Positions 52,800 through 64,000 of a DNA stretch of 64,000 bases are shown in pieces. How positions within the stretch are numbered: the stretch's first letter is position 1; each line of letters begins with the position of its first letter. This DNA is from Octopus vulgaris (taxonomy: Eukaryota). Both the position numbers and the translations under genes were made by a program. Location: NCBI GenBank assembly GCA_951406725.2, contig OX597832.1, positions 33,976,001-34,040,000 of the forward strand. Reading direction: 5' to 3'. Under the pieces are notes generated by a model. The model searched no databases. It had not been told where the DNA came from and saw only the letters and a program-made list of their open reading frames with translations.

Positions 52800-53780
52800 T
52801 TACGAGTTTAAAATGTAAATATCTCATCATTGGCCACCAATGTCTTGTATTTCAGAATCATGTTCAGATCAAATTTGGTATTGTAAGGGTTAATGTTTTC
52901 TTTACCATATTTCTGTTGAAATTTAAAGGCACGTGGCCTATACTGGTTCAGGTGGTGCAACCACCATCACTAGACTGTGGTTTCATTTCCGGGAACGAGC
53001 AGCGTCTTGTGTTCTTGAGCAAAACGTTTAATTTACCGTTGTTTCAGTTCCGTCCGCTGTAAATGAGTGCCCCTGTGGCACACTAGCCTCCCGATAAAAG
53101 GGAATATTGTTGGACTGCTCGCCTCACCAGCAGGATGGCATCATTCAGAAGTTAAAACTATACAGAGAGTATTGTGGCCAGCGATGTATAACAACATCCA
53201 ATATTTTGGTCGATCATGTGATCGTGCGATTTCTGTGGAAATACAAAGGATTTGTTCCAATTAATTTTGAAAATAATTAAGAATACAGGGAAATAAATTT
53301 GTGGTGGTTCAGCTGGTGCTTGGAGCATAAATTAACATATAATTTTGATAGAGATTTTTAGATTAAATTGTTTAAAAACAGGAAGTATGGATCTTAAATC
53401 CAGAGTGATATCGGACGAGTTGGTATCAAAAGGACTGACCATTTTGTTACCATTTTCTCTCTTGAGACTCGCTTCCTTCGTTCCAACAATAAAAAAATAA
53501 GGCAGAATTTAGTAACATAAGTTGTTATTGCTACAGTGTTAGGAACATAAATACACGCCAAAATTTTGATGGAATATTTTCATTTGAATTACATCAAAAG
53601 CAGGAAGTTTGTATCCTAGAAAAAGCGCCAGCATCTGAGAGATTGAGAGATTTGCATCAAACGAGTGAACCCTCTAGCGGACATATTGAAAATCACTTAA
53701 GAATTTAGTAAAATAACATTGTTATTATTAAACTGCTGTTTAGAACATAGATTAACCTGAAATGTTGATAGAAAGATGGT
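52800..53780 (+). repeat. Degenerate tandem ~200-230 bp units (MITE-like, one ending gggTTAA), interrupted by a family C SINE at 52925-53225
   Basis: Recurring gaatttagtaa.ataa...ggaacataaat...aattttgat...aggaagt.tg.atc...ggtatcaaaagg at ~53280, ~53505 and ~53700; fragment also at 21548-21620. Confidence 0.6.
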
Positions 53781-54595
53781 AGGACGTATGTATTCTGCAT
53801 CGTTTTGCGTCGTCTATCAGGAATTCAAAATTTGTGACAAACAGGCCAATGAGACAATTCTTATAAGAACAGTAAATAAAACTTTCAATTCAAATTATCA
53901 ATAATCCATTTTCTACGATTCGATGACGTCTGCATAGCTCAATGTGTTTTCACTCATTTTGCCAGCAGAAAGAAGTCTCTCACTGGCATAATTCCATAGC
54001 GAAAGTTTTTCCAATGGTCTGAGAGTACACAAGCCTATTAAGTACCGTTGTGGGGGGAAGGGGTGGTGTATGTATGTATATGTGTGTTGTGTGCAATGTC
54101 GCAAGAGAACGTACCCAACAGTAGATTGACTCAAGTAGACTGACTCAAATATAAATATTTTATGCGCGTTTTTAGTGTGTGCGTTTTAGTGTGTGCGTCT
54201 GTATCTGTGTCTCTGTGTATGATAGCAATGTGAATGTATATCATACGATGAGCAGGAATTAAAGAATCTGAAAACTTCTCAGCAGAACAACGAGGGAAAC
54301 GCAAAAACAGAGAGGAAACGAATTCAATAAACAATGATCATGGTGACAAAACCAAACAGAAAAAATATTATTATATATGTATTTACTGTATTTTTACGGG
54401 ACAAGAATTATATAATATTTCATATATAGAATCATATGTATTTGTACTTACATATGTTTATATATATCTAGAGAGAGAGAGATAAAGAGAGAGGCGAAAA
54501 GAGAGAGAGAGAACAAAGTTTTATTCCACACGGGTAGAAATATAAGTAAAATTGAAGTTGAAAATGCACTGAGAATAGTTAAAATATTTCTTACT

Positions 54596-54636
<41 letters not shown>

Positions 54637-54637
<1 letters not shown>

Positions 54638-54800
54638 TAGGCGCAGGAGTGGATGTGAGGTAAGACGCTTGCTTGCCAACCACATGATTCCGGATTCAGT
54701 CCTACGCGTGTCTCCTTGGACAAGTCTCTTCTATTATAACGACGCGCCGACCAAAGCCATGTGAGTGGATTTGGTAGACGGAAACTGAAAGAAGCCCGTC

Positions 54801-54853
<53 letters not shown>

Positions 54854-55004
54854 AATCAAGGAACGGCCATAATAGGCCATTCACCCACTAGAAATAACAG
54901 CCAAAGCTTCAACCGCAAAATAACATTAATTCCGCAAATCCCACTAGGCCGCTGGTGGCAAAAAAATTATACAAAATTTTTTTTGCCACCCTATATTTAT
55001 TAAT

Positions 55005-55054
<50 letters not shown>

Positions 55055-55220
55055 AGTGGTTGTCCCCCTTCCCCAACATCACTTGACAACTGATGCTGGT
55101 GTGTTTTACGACCCCGTTACTTAGAAGTTTGGCAAAAGGGGCCGATAGAATAAGTCCTGGGTCCTTTGCTCGACTAAAGGCAGTGCTCCGGCATAGCCGC
55201 AGTCAAATGACTGAAACTTG
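54637..55220 (+). mobile_element. SINE family A with a ~155 bp insert in its internal (TA)n tract
   Basis: 5' half 54637-54801, (TA)n, unique 54851-55007, (TA)n, 3' half 55052-55220. Confidence 0.85.
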
Positions 55221-55269
55221 ACCCCAATAGTCAAGGCCTGTCATGCCATTTATCTTTTTTGTAATTGAC

Positions 55270-55445
55270 TTTTAGGTACTTCCAATTTCATAATTTGTTT
55301 CGTGTGGACAAGAGTATCCAAGGCGGAGTCGGGCAGAAGTGGAGAAGAGAAGGATAATGTTTTGGATATCTCTCGCCCGGAAGGTTCTGAGAATCCAGGA
55401 TCGCATTCTGCGGGCCATATCAACTTTGCTGCATATATGAGCGAC
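55270..55445 (-). mobile_element. CR1/L2-like RT thumb fragment
   Basis: HICSKVDMARRMRSWILRTFRARD...ILLFST.AR.RLGY. Confidence 0.65.
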
Positions 55446-55504
55446 CCAGCTTATATATATATATATATATATATTATAACAATAATAATAATAAAAACGT
55501 AACA

Positions 55505-55900
55505 TTAATCAATCAATTAAATAAAAATTTTACCAAGTAGCTCGGTACGTTAAAATAACCTTTTTTAGGTAAAATTATGGAAATATTCTATAATTATAAA
55601 CATAATTATAATCAGGCATCAACTAATTGATTCGCCACGCAATTTGAAATGCTGCACTGAAGATGGGAAATAAGTAAATCTAACTTTACTTTAATCCTGA
55701 AACGTGTATGTAGCTAATCTGAATCGTGTGGAGTCGTTATTCTTTCTCTTTGCCTCTGTAAAAAAAAAGTGTGTTACTGTCTGGTAGATATTTATGGTAG
55801 CGTAAAAGGTATTTTAACTACTGTTTCTAAATTCGGTGCGTGGTGAAGCAATTAGCTGACCCCTGATTATAATTATGCTCATAATTATACAATATTTGTG
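55505..55900. mobile_element. Fold-back element (family of 8585-8888) whose longer arm includes a hammerhead
   Basis: Arms ~55581-55641 and ~55837-55898. The left extension ttttaccaagtag.tcggtacg.taaaat.acctttt is shared with 8612-8650. Confidence 0.9.
55651..55714 (+). ncRNA. Minimal type-I hammerhead ribozyme (canonical CUGAAGA core)
   Basis: Stem I GCTGCA/TGTAGC; CTGAAGA+T; stem II GGGA/TCCT plus AAGTAAA/TTTACTT; GAAA; stem III ACGTGT (one transition from the palindrome ACGCGT); GUA triplet ending at 55708. Confidence 0.85.
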
Positions 55901-55949
55901 AATATATGCACACACACACACACACACACACAAGTGACCGCATGAATGC

Positions 55950-56162
55950 AAATTAAGGTGGAAAAAATTATACTCGAACATTAAAGGCAGAGCAATATGT
56001 TTATTAAGGTTGTAAAATTATTACAAAACACTTTCTCACAGAGATTCACGTTCCCATTCGGTGGAGAGTTGTGACGAAGCGGTATTCATCACAAATGTCC
56101 GACGAGCGAGAAAGTGAACATCTGAGTTAGAGCTTTGTGATAATTTTGCAGCTGAAATAAAA
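55950..56162. mobile_element. Twin divergent-hammerhead fold-back element, copy 2 (degenerate)
   Basis: Plus arm AAATGT-CCGACGA-GCG-AGAA-AGT-GAACATCTGAGTT, with its reverse-complement partner at ~56030-56070 and outer arms homologous to 56413-56524. Confidence 0.65.
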
Positions 56163-56171
56163 GTGTGTATG

Positions 56172-56400
56172 AGGAGCTGGCAGAAACGTTAGCACGCTGG
56201 GTGAAATGCTTGGCGGTATTTCATCTGCCGTTACGATCTGAGCTCAAATTCCGCTGAGGTCGACTTTGCCTTTCATCTTTTCGGGGTCGATAAATTAAGT
56301 ACAAGTTACGCACTGGGGTCGAGGTAATCGACTTAATCCCTTTGTCCGTCTTTGTTTGTCCCTTCTATGTTTATCCCCTTATGGCCAATAAAGAAATAAT
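56172..56400 (+). mobile_element. SINE family B, well-preserved copy
   Basis: gagctggcagaaacgttagcacg..tcaaattccgctgaggtcgactttgcctttcatc.tttcggggtcgataaattaagtac.agttacgcactggggtcg..aataaagaaata. Confidence 0.92.
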
Positions 56401-56412
56401 ATATATATATTT

Positions 56413-56524
56413 GCAGCAGAAACATCACAAAAACTGTTACTCAGCGTTTCACGTTTCCGTTCGTCGTACAGTTTTGACAAACGGGAACGTGAGACTGAGT
56501 AACAGCTTTTGTGATATTTCTGCT
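56413..56524. mobile_element. Twin divergent-hammerhead fold-back element, copy 3
   Basis: Minus arm (56430-56475): AAAACTGT-ACGACGA-ACG-GAAA-CGT-GAAA-CGCTGAG-TA-ACAGTTTT. The plus arm is a 5'-truncated copy, GACAA-ACG-GGAA-CGT-GAGACTGAGTA-ACAG. Confidence 0.8.
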
Positions 56525-56681
56525 CCTTTTATTATAGCATATGACCAGACAAAAATACTTGTGAATATGAATATTGTCAAAATGGTTTTTCATATATTCA
56601 TGCGCACAATATGCATTTATACATATAGACATACAAATATGCATACATACATATATATACATGTAAATATATATATAAATA

Positions 56682-56744
<63 letters not shown>

Positions 56745-57631
56745 TTGTGTGTATCTGTGTATGTATATAAGATACCTATACTTTAAATACAGACTTACTG
56801 ATAATCACTGCCATACATGCGTATGTACGTGTGTGTGTGTGTGTGTGCTTGTGTTCATGTACGTGCGTGTGGGAAAGAGTGTGTGTTGCTGTGTCTCTGC
56901 GTGTGTATATATCTGTGTATGGCATATTATGTCTTGGTATGTAAGCGCTTCTTCATTGTGGCGTTAACTTAATCAATCGCTCAATCAATCAATCACTCTT
57001 GAAAAAATCAATAGGACTTAACTTAGTTTCCTGTGATTGCTAATCTTCATACAAAATAAACCAATACGTTTACTATGTTTCAACCAACCAACCAACCAAC
57101 CAACCAGCCAACCAACCAACCATCAAACAAGACAACCAGCCAACCATCACGCCAACCGGCCAGCCAGCCCTTTATGCATGGATCAACCACCAGACATCAT
57201 TATTATCCACGTTCATAAGAATGGAGTAGTGGGAGGAGAAAGCGGAGGCGAAGAGAGTGGATAAGAAGAGGGATACGAGAGGTACTTGTAAGGATGAAGG
57301 AAAATGTTGAGTAGCATTGAGGAGTGGAATGAGGTGTATATGTGTATGGAGAGGGGGGGAAGGCAAAGAGAAAGGGAATAGAGGATGGCTGTTGGAGGTT
57401 ATTTCAAGTATTTTACTTGAGTGACAGGAAAACGGCGGAATAGGAGAACGGCAGGATTGATAGAAAGCCTGATTACACACACAGATACATACATACAAAC
57501 AAACATACATACATACATACATACATACATACATACATACTTCATTCGTTCAGTAATTGAAAGTACTCAATGCATGTAAGTCTTTTATTTGATGCAGAGC
57601 AACCCGTGTTTCAAATAACAGATTTCTGAGT

Positions 57632-57850
57632 TCTTTATTGCTCACAAGGAGCTAAACATAGAGGGGACAAACAAGGACAGACAAACGGATTATATCGGCC
57701 CCAGTGCGTAACTGGCACTTAATTTATCGACCCCGAAAGGATGAAAGGCAAAGGTGACCGTGGCGAAATTTGAACTCAGAACGTAACGGCAGATGAAATA
57801 CCGCTAAGCATTTCGTCCGGCGTGCTAACATTTCTGCCATCTCGCCGCCT
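57632..57850 (-). mobile_element. SINE family B, well-preserved copy with target-site duplication
   Basis: Reverse complement of 56172-56400; aaataacagatttct is repeated on both sides (57613-57627 and 57852-57866). Confidence 0.92.
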
Positions 57851-58187
57851 TAAATAACAGATTTCTATACGAAATCACGTGTTTCCTTTTGCTACATGAA
57901 ACTAGAGTTGTTTTGCTAAACTGCTAAGTTACTCTATATGAAACTTTATTCGTATAAATTCATATTTATAAACACAAGCATTTGCCCACAGAACTGTGTC
58001 TTTTACCTTTCACCTGGTCCACTCATTGGAATGAAACCATGCTGAGATACCCTGAGAAGGGTTTATTCGCACAAATCAAGGCCAGCACTTATTTTTCAGC
58101 CAGGTATTCTAACAGTCGCTTTTGTCGAACCGCTTCGTTCTTCGATGTAAACTTGCCAACCAGTTGTCAGGCTCTCTCAACCACATA

Positions 58188-58238
<51 letters not shown>

Positions 58239-58392
58239 CGATGGGTGAATGAATTATCCTGTGTTTACCGTCAACATGGAAAATTCGATGAACCGATACC
58301 AGGGTAGCAAATTCACGTCAGAAACACGGTTGAAGCGACCTATTCAAAGATAGAAACTCCGGGTTCATGTGCAAAAATTGGTGTGTTATATA

Positions 58393-58545
58393 TGAATAAA
58401 TAAATAAATGGAGTTGAACGAAGATGTTAATAAAATTCCTTTACTTTCGACATATGTTTCGAAACCATGTTGTCTTCGAAACATATATCGAAAGTAAAGG
58501 AATTCTATTAACATCTTCGTTCAACTCCATTTATTTATTTATTCA
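58393..58545. mobile_element. Near-perfect fold-back (71 bp arms, 11 nt loop) made of two hammerhead 3' halves plus downstream sequence
   Basis: Arms 58393-58463 and 58475-58545 with 2 mismatches. The minus arm reads GAAAC-ATAT-GTC-GAAAG; no CUGANGA is present. Confidence 0.85.
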
Positions 58546-58626
58546 CATATATATATATATATATATATATTTATATTTATAATTTCTTAAGTAACAAGAA
58601 GATGGATTTGGTATTAATCTCTATTT

Positions 58627-58690
58627 CATACAACGGTCGTTTCGACCCATCCTGCTATTGTCACCTATAGGTGGGATTCCTCTCAACATG
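58627..58690 (-). ncRNA. Degenerate hammerhead remnant
   Basis: Minus strand: CATGT-TGAGAGG-AATCCCACCT...AGGATGGGTC-GAAAC-GACC-GTT-GTATG. Stems I and II and GAAA are recognisable; the core is corrupted. Confidence 0.4.
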
Positions 58691-60784
58691 TTGTGCTGCA
58701 TCAATTTTGCAGTCTGGGTCCCATCAGGTACATCTACACATGTATTTTGTCGTAGCTGAGGAGGGTCATGACGCCAATAAATACAGGCATTGTTTCAGTC
58801 TCACTTCATCATTATTATTCGTCCATTGGTTAGTTATTTACCCAACAAATCATTTGTTCAATCATTCGCTTTATCAATCACTCAGATGTGTTTGCCTAAG
58901 TCTGTTCAACACATACTTTCTTTCGGTGTATACTCTTATATAAACATATGTATATTCCTTCTCTGATATTTCATTTCTTCTTATTCTCTCTTGCAATCCA
59001 TTTTCTCAATGCGACTCCACGTTTAACAGTCTTCGTACTCAGAATGTGTATCTCTCTGTGTGCAAACTGAGTAAGTGATAGAGAGAGAGAGAAAGAGAGA
59101 GAGAGAGAATAAGTAATATAAGAGGTAACTACATATATATTATGTATACACATATGTGTATATGTCTTTGTGAGTATGTATATATATATATATACAGAGA
59201 GAGAGAGGGGGGTACAGAATAAGAGTAATTGAATCTGAGAATTCATATACATTCTTATAAACATGCACACATAAATAGAGAGAGAGAGAGAGAGAGAGAT
59301 ATTTGAAGGCGTCTTTATCTACGTATAATATTTGTAATTATAACATGTCTCTATCTCTCTATACATCTACATACATAAATGTGTGTGTGGGCGAATGTGT
59401 ACATATACGTGCATATATGTTATGTGAGTGTATATATACATACATATATACATACATACATATATATATATGTGTGTGTGTGTGTGTTTATATATATGCA
59501 TACATACACACGCACGCACACAAACGAACATAGACACGTATACACACACACACACACACACACATATATATGTATACATACATATATATATATATATATA
59601 TAGGGAGAGAGGGAGAAAGAGTGATCAGTTATCTCTCATTTAAGTTAGCAACGTTTCTCTCTTTATTGTCACACCTCACCAAAAGGGAAAAGAAAAACGA
59701 ACGGTAACAGTAATAAAATGGAAATTATGATTTTGTTTCTATTTTTGTTAGATTTTCGTTTCTTTTTTTCTTATATTTATATTTCTTTTTTTTAGGTTTT
59801 CATTTCCGCTTTCTATTATGGTTTTCGTTTTACTTTTTTCTTTTTACTCTCCTCAGAAGCTGATTATTTAATTACTTTCTTTTTGATGATAAGAAAACAT
59901 CACTGGGCAAGCAGAACTTAGCAACAGATGCAATACATTCTCCATATTGTAAGTCAAGTCTCAAGGGAGATAATTGATTCGTCGCTTAATTTAACATTAA
60001 AAACGCATTTATTTCAAAGAATTAAATAAACTTTAAGCAATAACTATCGAATAATAAATACTTAAAACCAAAGTACAATATAAAATATTAATAAAACAAC
60101 AATATATTCTGGCATAAATATATATTTTATGCTAATTATATACCTCAAATTAATCGATATTGCAACCACAATAAAAAAACATTTTAATGAATTTCGATTT
60201 CTTTGTATTTGCTAATTTTTTGCAAGTGTCTTGTTTTCAGTCACGTTCTTTGGTGATTAAACTAAAATGTATTCTATTACTTGTGATACAAGTTAAATTT
60301 ACGATTAGAATTAAAAAGAAAATTTTATGAAATATCTAACAGGCGGTTTCCCCTCAATCTGTGATTTGTCAGATAATGAAAAAGGTTTCGTAAACCTGAC
60401 TATGTTGGTTATTTTCGATCCGTTTACATTACAGGGCTTACGTTATACGCCCTTTACACGTACATACAAGTATGCATTTTGTGCACGCATGTATTTTCCT
60501 ATGCATCTACGTGATAATCGTTATGTGGCCGATTATGGGGTATTCATTGGATGTGACTGGTGATTGTTTTGTATGTTATTTTGTTGTTGTGGTTCTAAGA
60601 TTTCCTTTGTTCGTTTGAACTTGTTTATGGTTTCTTAGTATCTTGGTTAATGTTCGGTTTTTGTTTATGTGATACATTGGCATAGATATTGCATGATTGT
60701 CCTTCATAGGGATTCCAATTCTCATAAGAATAATGCTTGTTTATTGGTTTCTAGATTACGGGGTTTCATTGATATTTTAGCAGT

Positions 60785-61110
60785 ACCATATATGAAGATG
60801 AATGCTGTATTATAAAGGAAATTGATAAAAAGGAAAATTGAAGCATTTCAACAACGGTATTTTAGACGCATTCGCAGAATAAGCTGGACGGATAAAGGAA
60901 ATCATGAGTGGGTCCTTCGCAAGATCATTTGCCAGGAAAGTTAAACACTATCACGGAAAGAAAATGGACCTTCACTGGTGATAAACTCTGATGGCAGGAT
61001 CTTGAGAAGTTCCTGCTATCAGGTGCTGCAGAAGAACAAGAGGACAAAACAAACAGGTTTAGTGATGGCATCAAAGAACCTAGTAGCAGGGGTCGCGCAG
61101 TGGAGGAGGA
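60785..61110 (+). mobile_element. RTE-clade LINE fragment
   Basis: KIEAFQQRYFRRIRRISWTDKGNHEWVLRK matches RTE KI.AFEM..YRR.LRISW.D...NE.VL; frameshifted. Confidence 0.75.
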
Positions 61111-61530
61111 CCGCGGCGGCTCTATTATTTGGGCCTTCCCTCCTGAGAAGAAGATATTGACAATGATTTGCAAGCAACATAACGATACTGCTGACAGATT
61201 CACTTCTCTGAGTAGTGTCATCAGTAATAATGATCATATTGCAACTGTCATCGACCTTGGAAATCTTATGTCCATCGCTTCATCTCGGGTTCGTTTCCGA
61301 TAAAGCATAAACATTTATTGCTGCTTTTGTTTTTGATATCTGTTTTTTTTTTTTGTCGAATATATATCCGTTCCATGCAGCTCTCATAATTTGTATGTGT
61401 GTGTGTGTGTAATATACATACATTTACACATACATATTTACAAAAATACACAGACATATAGATAGATAAACAGACAGACAGATAGATAGATAAATAGATA
61501 GACAGAGAGAGAGATGTGATAGATAGACAC

Positions 61531-61562
<32 letters not shown>

Positions 61563-62293
61563 CTATAGATATAATATTAATAGAAAGACAGATATAGACA
61601 TGCATGTGTATGTGTGCATGTATGCAGTAGGTAGGAATTCATTAAGTATTACGTATGTACGTTCATGCACACGTATGTGTGTGTGTGTAAATGAGTCTGA
61701 ATGCATCCATAGGTTGTGTAGTACCAGCTGCTGTTAGAGTACAAACCTGATGACTCAGACTGTATAATCAATAAATATTTTGTTCTTCTACAATATATCT
61801 TGCATCCTCACATGAGGCTCCTTCACACAGATGCCGCCGTGTTTCTCGATGTTTACATCGGTTCATGGATTTATGATCGCTAAATAAATGAATGAGGTTT
61901 TTCTGTTGGAGGTCGATGAAGAAGTTTGAATCGAGCAAACTCTACGCACACAACCACACAAATAAAGACACACAGGCGCATATATGCGAATATATGTATA
62001 TAAAAGTGTGTGTGTATGTATGTATTGATGTGTGCATGTATGTGTATGTATGAATGTATATATGTATGTGTGTGTATGTATGAATGAATGTATATATGTA
62101 TGTGTGTGTATATATGCATGTATGTATATATGTATGTGTGTATGTACTAATGTATGTATGTATTTCTCTATCTATCTATAAATATGTCTGTGTGAGGGTG
62201 TGTTCACATATATGCATCGATATATTTGTATATATGAGCGTGTGTATATATATATATATGATTGCATATGTCTGTCTTCTCTGTCTATGCTTG

Positions 62294-62336
<43 letters not shown>

Positions 62337-62978
62337 TATATTTATATATACATACATATGTGTGCATATATATATACTTATGTATATATATATATACACT
62401 CATACATACATACATTCATATCTCTGTGTATTTTTATATTATTTATATATTAATAATTATATGCCATTACACATATATATACAGCTACGTATCCATGTAT
62501 ATGCGGATAAAGAAAACATAAAGGATCTGACAAACATAAGTACTTCAATAGAATCTTGGTGTAGTGAGTGAGTGGTGAGGTTAGAAAAGCGTACATCTAT
62601 ATGTCTTTGTGTAGGTCAGTGTTCACGTACGCCTGTGTCTTCACATCCATCACCGAATATATATATGTGTGTGTGTGTGCGTGTGTGTATTTGTAAATGT
62701 CAGCTCAGTATATTTGCTTGTGTATATCTTTTGCTATTATCTTAATATTAATTAAAATGGAAAAATGTATCTTCATAAAGCTAGGCTGCTTTATTCTCTT
62801 TGCAAAGATCAATAGGCATTGGTGAAGCATACATTCATTAAACAAGAACCTACACAGCCCATTGTTGCGTGTGTTTGTTTTACATAAGACTAATTCCAAT
62901 GTATGTAAATGTGAAGTTTTCTTTGTGAATAACTACCAGACGAACAAACAGATAGACAGGCCGTAGGAATGGAGACTT

Positions 62979-63011
<33 letters not shown>

Positions 63012-63240
63012 TGTTTATCGCTGAAGATTTCTCATTGTTCTTGTATCTTCTTAATATGTGGTGTAAATATGCATCCATAAATATGCTCGTGTTTACATTT
63101 ATATTTATGTGTCGCTAAGCGTATATTTTTGTGTACATTTATGTTAGTGAGTGTGTGTATATATACTTGTGTTTCTGTGCGTTGATTTTTACACCTGCAG
63201 TTTTGTGATTAGTTTTAAACCTGTGTATATATTTATGTGC

Positions 63241-63279
<39 letters not shown>

Positions 63280-64000
63280 CATAAACATATACATTTATGT
63301 ATATATACACATACATTTTTATATAAACATATATTTATGTATATATATATATACACACACATACATATTTATGTATACATACATATACATATATATGTAT
63401 ATATATATATATATTTGCATAAGCATACATAGATATATTTATGCATATATACATACATAATTATGTATATATATATATATATGTATGTAAGGATATATAT
63501 ATATATATACTTACATACATATATACACACACACATACATATTGAGTGCGCGTGTGTGTGTGTGTGTAGCTGTCAGTGTTTAATAATATGTGTATACGTA
63601 TGAATATGTGTATATACATATGTATATGCGTATGTGTGTGAGTGTGTGTGCGCATGCGTAATCTAACGTCTCTTTGCAAGAAAATAAACAAATTGTGTCA
63701 ATATATTTTGCTGTATATTTATATTTGTTTTTGCTTTGTCTCTGTATTTTTTTCCTTCATAAAACAATGCTTTCTTCAGATGTTATTGAAGTTCATTTAC
63801 AGTGCAATGTTTGTTTAGCGTTAGATCTCTCTGTCTATCCATCTCTGAATCTATCTATTTCTCTATCTATGAATATATATATACACACACATATATATGT
63901 ATTTTTTATACATACACATATATGTGTGTATATTTATATTTCGCCGTTTGTTTGTACAAAGACACTGAAATAATCCTAATTTGTAAAGCTAAATATGCTA

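Overview
AT-rich, non-coding eukaryotic DNA that is dense in microsatellites and repeats. The SINE families and (TA)n/(TATG)n content suggest an octopus genome (inference). I found no credible host protein-coding exon; most long ORFs in the track are microsatellite translations. Recognisable content: three tRNA-derived SINE families (over 25 copies or fragments), Helitrons (one complete non-autonomous copy, one with a helicase C-terminal remnant), a fossil hAT/Buster transposase, a mariner fragment, and RTE, CR1-like, Dong/R4-like, L1/Tx1-like, Gypsy-gag and Penelope-like (PLE) remnants. The main signal is about ten minimal type-I hammerhead ribozyme (HHR) motifs, from intact to degenerate, belonging to several unrelated sequence families. 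Each family has its own palindromic stem III, and many share a non-canonical CCGANGA (U4C) core. Most lie in short fold-back (long inverted-repeat) elements inserted in or next to (TA)n tracts. One family, present in three copies, consists of little more than two divergent hammerheads. All structures were folded by eye; cleavage activity and family assignments are untested.
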